DNA from: a bacterium
Lineage (GTDB): Bacteria > Patescibacteriota > Patescibacteriia > Patescibacteriales > UBA12465
DNA length: 64,000 bases
Direction of reading: 5' to 3'
NCBI GenBank assembly: GCA_021806615.1
Contig: JAJZRB010000001.1
Coordinates: forward strand, 10,754-74,753
Shown: positions 32,376 through 39,128 of the stretch, in pieces
Numbering within the stretch: position 1 is the stretch's first letter
Layout of the letters: every line of letters begins with the position of its first letter
Notes under the pieces: model-generated
Database searches by the model: none
Told to the model about the DNA's origin: nothing
What the model saw: the letters and a program-made list of their open reading frames with translations, nothing else
Made by a program: the position numbers and the translations under genes

Positions 32376-33134
32376 ATGAATCCGGACGCCAGGCTCACTG
32401 AACGGCTGAAATACGCCGCCATGAAAGCGCGCCATAAGAATATCCTGCAACCTTGGTACAAGAGGTGGTGGGGCATCATCATCTTGATAATTTTATCCCT
32501 GATACTGATCCTCTTTATTTATTCTAGCCTCTATGTCATAAGCAAGACTCAGGAAATTATTTCCGGCAAGAACCAAGCGATGACTGAGGCTGAACGCCAG
32601 GCTTATTTAGGAAGCGTCTATGGCGACGGGACGAATTACTATCTGGGCAGCCGTACGCCGCAAGCCACAATCGTAGAATTCGGCGATTTTGCCTGCCCTT
32701 ATTCCAGAGAATCAGCTCCGATCATCAAGAAATTGGCCGAAGAATACCAGGGTAAGCTAAAAGTAGTCTGGCGCGATTATCTGCGTAATAGCGACTCTAT
32801 CGATTTGGCTATGGCGGCGCGTTGCGCCGGCGAGCAGGGAAAATTCTGGGAGATGCACGACCTCCTTTTTGCTAATCAGGATAATCTGACGACGAATGAC
32901 AGTTCCCGGCCCGGGAAATTAACGGCTTTAGCCGGCAGCCTGCAATTAGATACGGCTAAATTCGACTCGTGCTTAAGCTCGCAAAAATATTTGGAAGAAA
33001 TAAAAAAAGATTATAACGACGGCAACGCCCTGCAAATAATCGGGACACCTAGCTGGTTTGTCAATAATTATCCGATGTCCGGAGCTCTTTCGGAACAGAA
33101 ATTCCGAGAGCTGATCATGGGCATTATCAAATGA
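32376..33134 (+). CDS. membrane-anchored DsbA-family thioredoxin-fold protein with a CPYS (monothiol) active-site motif
   Basis: 252-aa ORF with an N-terminal TM segment (WWGIIILIILSLILILFIY). It has a DsbA-like core (EFGDFACPYSRES...GKFWEMHDLLF...IGTPSWFVNN). The active site reads Cys107-Pro-Tyr-Ser110 (TGC CCT TAT TCC at 32694-32705) rather than CxxC. Confidence 0.8.
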   Translation: MNPDARLTERLKYAAMKARHKNILQPWYKRWWGIIILIILSLILILFIYSSLYVISKTQEIISGKNQAMTEAERQAYLGSVYGDGTNYYLGSRTPQATIVEFGDFACPYSRESAPIIKKLAEEYQGKLKVVWRDYLRNSDSIDLAMAARCAGEQGKFWEMHDLLFANQDNLTTNDSSRPGKLTALAGSLQLDTAKFDSCLSSQKYLEEIKKDYNDGNALQIIGTPSWFVNNYPMSGALSEQKFRELIMGIIK

Positions 33135-33135
33135 G

Positions 33136-33684
33136 ATGGAAAATATCCGCATCCACGGCCGCGGCGGCCAAGGCGTCGTCACAGCCGCTGAACTAATAGC
33201 TATCGCCGCTTTCTACGAAGGCTGGGAAGCGCAGGCCTTCCCTAATTTCGGGGTGGAAAGGACCGGCGCGCCCATCCAATCTTTCGTCCGCGTTGATGAT
33301 AAGCCGATAATCACCCGGGAACAGATTTACCGCCCCACGATCTTGATCATCCAAGACGCAACCCTTATCGGTGCGGTAGACGTCTTCGCCGGCGCGACTC
33401 AGAAAACGACCGTCATAATCAACGCCGCCAGAAATATCTGGCCGGAACTGAAAAATAAATTTCCCCGCCTTTACCTTACCCCCGCCACGGAAATCGCCTT
33501 GGAAATATTTGGAAAAAATATAGTCAACACCGTCATCCTGGGCGCCTTAGCGAAAAATACGAAGATAGTCTCTTTGGATTCGTTAAAAAAGGCGATACGC
33601 GAAAAATTCGCCGCCAAAGGCGAGGCGGTAATTGCTAAGAATATATTGGCCATCACTAAAGATTATGAAAAGATCAAAAATTAA
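33136..33684 (+). CDS. porC: pyruvate/2-oxoacid:ferredoxin oxidoreductase, gamma subunit
   Basis: 182-aa ORF with the N-terminus MENIRIHGRGGQGVVTAAELIA typical of POR gamma. Confidence 0.9.
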   Translation: MENIRIHGRGGQGVVTAAELIAIAAFYEGWEAQAFPNFGVERTGAPIQSFVRVDDKPIITREQIYRPTILIIQDATLIGAVDVFAGATQKTTVIINAARNIWPELKNKFPRLYLTPATEIALEIFGKNIVNTVILGALAKNTKIVSLDSLKKAIREKFAAKGEAVIAKNILAITKDYEKIKN

Positions 33685-33946
33685 ATTAGAAACCAAAGCT
33701 AATAGCAGCTTAAATAACAAAACCGGTCCCTGGCGTACGCATAAACCAATAACAGATTATGCAGCGTGCATCGGCTGTTCGCTCTGCGCCAAGATCTGCC
33801 CTGAGTCTTGCATCGCCATGGAAATCCGGACTGATTCGCCTAGATTAAAACCGGTGACTGACTATGATTATTGCAAAGGCTGCGCCCTATGCGCACGCGA
33901 ATGTCCGGTCAAAGCCATCAGGATGGAAGAAGATATCGCCGCCTAG
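33665..33946 (+). CDS. porD: pyruvate:ferredoxin oxidoreductase, delta subunit (2x[4Fe-4S] ferredoxin)
   Basis: Two Cys clusters are present (CIGCSLCAKICP and CKGCALCARECP). I place the start at the internal ATG 33665 (MKRSKIK...), which overlaps the porC end by 20 nt. The ORF-track start at 33632 is less likely. Confidence 0.85.
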   Translation: MKRSKIKLETKANSSLNNKTGPWRTHKPITDYAACIGCSLCAKICPESCIAMEIRTDSPRLKPVTDYDYCKGCALCARECPVKAIRMEEDIAA

Positions 33947-33962
33947 CGGCCATCTATCGATT

Positions 33963-35183
33963 ATGCCAAAAAACGAAAAACAAATCTTAGAAGGTTCGCG
34001 AGCGATAGCGCTGACGATAAAAAATATCGGACCAGCGGTCGTTTCCGCCTATCCGATAACTCCGCAAACGCATATCGTCGAAGACTTGGCGGAATTCAAA
34101 GCCGACGGCCGATCTGGTTTTGAGTATGTCCGTGCCGAAAGCGAGTTTGCCGCCGCTTCTATCATATTGGGCGCTTCGGCAACCGGCGTCCGGGTTTATA
34201 GCGCGACGAGCTCGCAAGGGCTATTATTGATGACCGAGGTCGTCCATAATATCGCGGGTTTGCGCCTTCCAGTCGTCATGACCTGCGCCAACCGGGCGAT
34301 TTCTTCGCCAATAAACATCTGGAATGACCACAGCGATGTCATAACCGTCCGCGACGCCGGCTGGATCCAGTTGTTCGCCGCCAATCACCAAGAGGCGGTC
34401 AATCAGCATGTCTTAGCCTATAAGCTGGCGGAAAAGCTGAGACTGCCGGTCATGATCAATGTGGACGGTTTTATCCTGACACACTCCTATGAACCGGTCG
34501 TCATCCCTGGCCGCGAAAAGATAAGGAAATATCTGCCCGCTTACCGGCCGAGCGCCGGATCATATTTGGACCCTAAGAATCCGGTTACGCTCGGGGCTTT
34601 TTTCACGCCGCAGGATTACATGGAAACGCGGGAACAGCTCCATCATGATCTCGTAGCCAGCTTGCCCATGATAAAGAATGAATATCAGGCTTGGAAAAAG
34701 ATCTTCCATCCATCCGATGACGAGGCATCCGGCCCGAAAACTCCCGGCCGGATGAATATTGATAACGGCTTAATCAGCTACTATGGCCCGCAAAAACCAG
34801 ATACGGTCGTCATCGCTCTCGGCTCGGTCATCGGCACTATCCGTTCCGCCTTGAGAGATAATCCGAGGATAGGAGTCCTAAAAATAAAAGTCTATCGCCC
34901 TTTCCCGGCGGCGGAAATCGCCACCTGCCTCCAAAACGCCAAGAATGTAGCGATCATAGAAAAAGCCGTCAGCCTCGGCCAGGCCGGACCACTATATACG
35001 GACATTGCCGCCGGATTGACGGAAGTGGAAACTGGCAGCCTTTCTAAATACAATAAAAGATTGAATTTAAAGAATTATATCGTCGGATTAGGGGGACGGG
35101 ATGTGACCGAAAAGATGATTATAGAAATCGCCAAAGATGTGCCGAAGAAAAACCATTATTTAAAATTTATCGGCCAAATATGA
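33963..35183 (+). CDS. porA: pyruvate:ferredoxin oxidoreductase, alpha subunit
   Basis: The start is taken at ATG 33963 (MPKNEKQILEGSRAIALT...VSAYPITPQTHIVE), 14 nt after the porD stop. The ORF-track extension back to 33864 overlaps porD. The stop TGA is at 35181-35183. Confidence 0.9.
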   Translation: MPKNEKQILEGSRAIALTIKNIGPAVVSAYPITPQTHIVEDLAEFKADGRSGFEYVRAESEFAAASIILGASATGVRVYSATSSQGLLLMTEVVHNIAGLRLPVVMTCANRAISSPINIWNDHSDVITVRDAGWIQLFAANHQEAVNQHVLAYKLAEKLRLPVMINVDGFILTHSYEPVVIPGREKIRKYLPAYRPSAGSYLDPKNPVTLGAFFTPQDYMETREQLHHDLVASLPMIKNEYQAWKKIFHPSDDEASGPKTPGRMNIDNGLISYYGPQKPDTVVIALGSVIGTIRSALRDNPRIGVLKIKVYRPFPAAEIATCLQNAKNVAIIEKAVSLGQAGPLYTDIAAGLTEVETGSLSKYNKRLNLKNYIVGLGGRDVTEKMIIEIAKDVPKKNHYLKFIGQI

Positions 35184-36313
35184 AAACAATAAAAATCTTG
35201 AAAGTCGCCTTCGTCATCGCTTTCACTCTGCAAATCGGGGCTACAGTAGCCTTAGTAAGTTCGCCGCAGAAAGCTTGGGCAGCCGACCCGACTCCATTAG
35301 AATTCACCCCGCAAGTCAAGCTGCCATTAACCGGCCTTAACCAGGATACGGTCAAGGTCGGAAGTTACAATACTAAATCCGGCATGATGACTAGCGACCT
35401 CTTAGCTAAATATATCCAGGGCTTTTATAATTACGGCATGATGGCGGCCAGCATCCTAGCGGCCATCGTCCTGATGGGCGGCGGCGTCTTATGGCTCACT
35501 TCCGCCGGCAGTGATTCCCGGATAACGCAAGCCAAGGAACTTATCGCCGGGAGCATTACCGGGCTTGTCATCCTCTTCAGTTCCTGGATAATCTTACATA
35601 CTATCAACCCGGATTTATTAAAATTAAAAGTATTGGAGACTAAACTCATCGATAATAAGGCTTTGCAATCGCGGCTAGACTGCCAATACCGTTGTATAGA
35701 CTCGGGGAGCAAATGTGAAGGCGGCGGCGGACATGATACTATAGATGCGACTAGTCCTTGGAAAAGCACGAGCATGGATATCTGCAAAGTCGTAGTCGGA
35801 GACGTGCCGACCAGCTCTTGCCCGACTGCCAAATTCTATGACTGTTGCTGCCAGAATAAATATAATGCCACGCCGGAGGAAGGGCCTAAGATAATGGCTT
35901 GCCTGACCGGCGCCGGAAAAGCGATGCCGGACGGCAGCAGCTGCTATATAAAAGAAACAGGCATACACGGCTATTGCCAGACGATTAAGGACAGCCGGGG
36001 CGGAGCCAATAAGACGGAATGCATGACCTGCCGAAAAACCGGAGACCTGTGCTATAATAACGTCTCTAATGACTATGAGTGCGCTAATAGCCAAGGGTTG
36101 TGCGGAACCGGCGTTCCTGGCGGCAGCAATAATTCAAAATATACCGGCGGCGATTGCAATGCTTCGCCGACAAACGGCAGTTTCTCAGCGCAAGCTCTCG
36201 CTTCTATTGAAGCGACGGCAGTCACCTGCAATAAAGTCAATCATTTCGGGCCATGGCTGTTCTCTTGGCTCACCGGAGATTTAGAGACTTATGTGGAATG
36301 CAAGTGCAAATAA
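35180..36313 (+). CDS. secreted/membrane protein: signal peptide + TrbC/VirB2-like (T4SS-pilin-like) two-helix hairpin + C-terminal Cys-rich domain
   Basis: 377-aa ORF. ATG 35180-35182 overlaps the porA TGA (an ATGA overlap). The signal peptide ends in ...SPQKAWA. The hairpin at aa 83-150 is ILAAIVLMGGGVLWLTSAGSDSRITQAKELIAGSITGLVILFSSWIILHTINPDL. The last ~215 aa hold 20 Cys, including a CCC triplet. The pilin-like call (cf. Pfam PF18895) is from memory of that family's pattern. Confidence 0.75.
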   Translation: MKTIKILKVAFVIAFTLQIGATVALVSSPQKAWAADPTPLEFTPQVKLPLTGLNQDTVKVGSYNTKSGMMTSDLLAKYIQGFYNYGMMAASILAAIVLMGGGVLWLTSAGSDSRITQAKELIAGSITGLVILFSSWIILHTINPDLLKLKVLETKLIDNKALQSRLDCQYRCIDSGSKCEGGGGHDTIDATSPWKSTSMDICKVVVGDVPTSSCPTAKFYDCCCQNKYNATPEEGPKIMACLTGAGKAMPDGSSCYIKETGIHGYCQTIKDSRGGANKTECMTCRKTGDLCYNNVSNDYECANSQGLCGTGVPGGSNNSKYTGGDCNASPTNGSFSAQALASIEATAVTCNKVNHFGPWLFSWLTGDLETYVECKCK

Positions 36314-36342
36314 CCCAGTTTTACTAAACTTTTAGTTTATCT

Positions 36343-37215
36343 ATGAATAGACCCCCTAAAAAATTCTTATCTCCCGGACATAACGCCTGCGCCGGCTGCG
36401 GCCAGCTCGTTGCCGTCCAGGCGGTCATGCGCGGCCTGGACGAAGATACGATTATCGCCAACGCGACCGGCTGTTTGGAGGTAACGACGACCGCTTATCC
36501 GCAAAGCGCCTGGGGCCTGCCTTGGATACATTCCCTATTTGAAAATGCCGCCAGCGTCGCCTCCGGAATCAAAGCCGCCCTGAAACAGAAGAAGGACGGA
36601 AAGACAAAAGTCTTGGTCCAAGGCGGAGACGGCGGAACTTATGATATCGGCCTCGGACTAATCAGCGGTATGTGGGAACGAGGCGAAAACATACTTTATG
36701 TCTGCTACGATACTGAAGCCTATTCTAATACCGGCATCCAGGCCTCAGGGGCGACGCCCTATGGCGCCAGTACGACGACGACTCCCAAAGGATCTGAATC
36801 TATCGGCTCAACGCAGGCTAAAAAAGATATGTTAGCCATCGCTTTGGCGCACGGCTTGAAATACGCCGCCCAAAGCACGGCCGGATACCCGGACGATATT
36901 ACGAACAAAGTGAAGAGGGCTCTAGACGTAGACGGACCTTCTTATCTCCAGATCCTGTCACCCTGTATCCCGGGCTGGCAAATAAATAATGATGAGGCCG
37001 TTTTCATGGGCAAGCTGGCGGTAGAGACCGCTCTTTACCCGCTTTTAGAATACAAGGACGGGATTTTGAATGCCTCGAGCATTACGGGCAGCTTCCGGGC
37101 GAAGCCAGTCGCGGAATATTTAAAAAAACAAGGGCGTTTCAAAAATTTATCGGAAGAAGATCTCAAGCACATCCAAAGCTTAGCTGATGCTAATCTTAAA
37201 CGTTACCGCTTATGA
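36343..37215 (+). CDS. porB: pyruvate:ferredoxin oxidoreductase, beta subunit (TPP-binding)
   Basis: 290-aa ORF with SPGHNACAGCGQ near the N-terminus and the TPP motif GGDGGTYDIG. Confidence 0.9.
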   Translation: MNRPPKKFLSPGHNACAGCGQLVAVQAVMRGLDEDTIIANATGCLEVTTTAYPQSAWGLPWIHSLFENAASVASGIKAALKQKKDGKTKVLVQGGDGGTYDIGLGLISGMWERGENILYVCYDTEAYSNTGIQASGATPYGASTTTTPKGSESIGSTQAKKDMLAIALAHGLKYAAQSTAGYPDDITNKVKRALDVDGPSYLQILSPCIPGWQINNDEAVFMGKLAVETALYPLLEYKDGILNASSITGSFRAKPVAEYLKKQGRFKNLSEEDLKHIQSLADANLKRYRL

Positions 37216-38669
37216 AAAAAACGACATTCATCAAGTTAGCCGGATCCTTTCTTTTCTTCCTGCTCCTGCCTCTTGCGGCGAGCGCCAATTGCATGTGGTC
37301 TTTGAATAACAAATGCGAAGATATCGGCACGACCAATAATTGGATCCTGGCGACCAAGGAAACTTTTTGCAGCGGAACCAAGCCGAATGGCCAGACCGCC
37401 AAGTGCTGCTGCGCTAACGGCGATATTCCTGGCTGTTGTGAAAAAAAAGATACGAACGGCGTCATCACTACCGCCAATATGACAGGCGAAAATTGCCAAG
37501 CTATTACTTCGGTATCTACTACTTTCTATCAAGATAAGGAAGCGGATAATAACACGTGCGTCAAGAAAGGTTCGGTCGGCTGCGCCTGGAACAGGGTGGT
37601 CACTAACGGGCAAACTACGGCTACGGAGTGTAGCGGCGATAAGAAGCTGTCCGGAGACGATAGGTGCCCCGCCCCTAAGCCGGCGGATACGACGAACGCT
37701 CACTCTTCCTGCTGCTGCCCGGCGCCGGTAGATAAGCCCGGACCGGCAGCCACGCCGCCTAAATTTATAATGCCGGAATTACAGATCCCTATCCCCGGAT
37801 TATCTTTAACCAAAACGAGCGCTATCAAATATACGGCGAATGAAGACGGCAGCTATCAAGTACAGATCCCTTGGCTCTCGGAATATATTTTAGCCATTTA
37901 TAAATACGGGCTGAGTATCGCCGGCATTCTAGCCGCCCTTATACTCATGGCCGGCGGCGCCCTTTGGCTTGTCTCTGGCGGCGACGCTTCTAGGGTCACC
38001 CAGGCGAAGGAACTGATCGCCGGCAGCGTTACCGGCCTCATTATCTTATTTTCTTCTTACATCATTCTCATCCAGATCAATCCTGATTTAGTCCAGCTGA
38101 AACCGATAACTATCGGGACCATACAAGGGGTAGACCTGGTCAGCGACGGAAGCGACAGCCAAAGCAACCTGAGCTCAACGGCCAGCTGCTTATCGGATGC
38201 GGATCTAGTCAATATTACCGGCATCGTTAACACGAGCAACGTCAGCGATCCGCGCCTGTCTAAGAATGCTTACGAGGGCCTGAAAAAAGCTATCGCCGAA
38301 GCCAAGAAACAGGGCGTCGAATTGACGGTGACGAGCGCCAATCGCTCTTACGCCAAGCAAAAATCGCTCTGGGATGCGGAACTTAAGAAATTTAACGGCG
38401 ATACCGCCAAAACCCGGAAATATGTCGCCGACCCCGCCAACTGTACCGGCAATAAATGCTATAGCCACTGCGCCGGAGTAGCTATAGATGTCTGCATCAA
38501 AGGCAGCAAATCCTGCGGCATGCTGAGCTCAGCTTATGCCAGCAATAACAGCGATCCTGATATCATCAAGCTGCAGAGTATCATGAAGGCGGCGGGTTGG
38601 CTCAGATATTGCGGCGAATGGTGGCATTTCCAATACGGCCTGGCTCCGGGCAAATCATGTTCGCCTTAA
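37212..38669 (+). CDS. secreted/membrane fusion protein: signal peptide + Cys-rich domain + T4SS-pilin-like hairpin + C-terminal M15 (VanY-like) D,D-peptidase domain
   Basis: 485-aa ORF. ATG 37212-37214 overlaps the porB TGA (an ATGA overlap). The first ~170 aa hold 16 Cys (KCCCANG, GCCEKK, SCCCPAP). The hairpin at aa 230-297 is 47/68 identical to that of 35180-36313. The C-terminus carries LTVTSANRSYAKQKSLW, SHCAGVAIDV and GEWWHFQY (H-x-x-G-x-A-x-D and E-x-W-H zinc-peptidase motifs). Confidence 0.8.
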   Translation: MKKTTFIKLAGSFLFFLLLPLAASANCMWSLNNKCEDIGTTNNWILATKETFCSGTKPNGQTAKCCCANGDIPGCCEKKDTNGVITTANMTGENCQAITSVSTTFYQDKEADNNTCVKKGSVGCAWNRVVTNGQTTATECSGDKKLSGDDRCPAPKPADTTNAHSSCCCPAPVDKPGPAATPPKFIMPELQIPIPGLSLTKTSAIKYTANEDGSYQVQIPWLSEYILAIYKYGLSIAGILAALILMAGGALWLVSGGDASRVTQAKELIAGSVTGLIILFSSYIILIQINPDLVQLKPITIGTIQGVDLVSDGSDSQSNLSSTASCLSDADLVNITGIVNTSNVSDPRLSKNAYEGLKKAIAEAKKQGVELTVTSANRSYAKQKSLWDAELKKFNGDTAKTRKYVADPANCTGNKCYSHCAGVAIDVCIKGSKSCGMLSSAYASNNSDPDIIKLQSIMKAAGWLRYCGEWWHFQYGLAPGKSCSP

Positions 38670-38675
38670 ACAGAT

Positions 38676-38705
38676 AAAAAAACCGCCGATCGGCGGTTTT
38701 TTATT
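38676..38705. terminator. bidirectional rho-independent terminator between convergent genes
   Basis: The sequence aaaaaaaCCGCCGATCGGCGGtttttt holds a perfect 14-nt GC-rich palindrome (38683-38696). An A-run lies on its left and a T-run on its right. It sits between the stops at 38669 (+) and 38720 (-). Confidence 0.85.
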
Positions 38706-38719
38706 TTATCGGCTATTCC

Positions 38720-39124
38720 TTATCGAGTGGCGCCATCCATGGCTTCGTTAGCTAGGCTATCCGCTCGTTCATTCCGCTCCCGCGGGATATGCGTATACCT
38801 AATCTTCTTAAATTTCAAGGACAGATTATGCAAGCTTAAGAACAAGGGCGCTAAATCCTTATTCTTTACCTTATATTCATGCTTCAACTGCTTGACTACC
38901 AATTCGCTGTCTAAGAAGAAATCCAATTCGTCGGCTCCTAATTCCAGCGCTTTCTCGGTCGCGGCGATAACCGCCCGATATTCAGCTTGGTTATTAGTAG
39001 CCACTCCTAAAAATCTGGATATTTCAGCGGCCACGCGGCCCTTCTCGTCATAAATAACCGCGCCTATTCCGGCCGGACCGGGATTGCCTCGCGCTCCGCC
39101 ATCAGTATAAATTATCAGCTTCAT
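38720..39124 (-). CDS. rnhA: ribonuclease HI
   Basis: 134-aa ORF with MKLIIYTDGGARGNPGPAGIGAVI, NNQAEYRA and a C-terminal ERNERADSLAN, which together give the DEDD catalytic pattern. Confidence 0.85.
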   Translation of the reverse strand: MKLIIYTDGGARGNPGPAGIGAVIYDEKGRVAAEISRFLGVATNNQAEYRAVIAATEKALELGADELDFFLDSELVVKQLKHEYKVKNKDLAPLFLSLHNLSLKFKKIRYTHIPRERNERADSLANEAMDGATR

Positions 39125-39128
39125 ATTA

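Noticed and set aside
33632-33962. ORF-track N-terminal extensions of porD (start 33632) and porA (start 33864).
   Set aside because: The extensions overlap the preceding subunit genes and encode non-homologous sequence. The internal ATGs at 33665 and 33963 give N-termini typical of POR delta and alpha subunits.
36314-36342. A weak AU-rich hairpin (TAAACT-ttt-AGTTTA) lies between the inserted pilin-like gene and porB and could be a terminator or processing site.
   Set aside because: It has a 6-bp all-A/U-plus-one-GC stem with a 3-nt loop and no T-run. That is too weak to call, and porB must be expressed for POR function.
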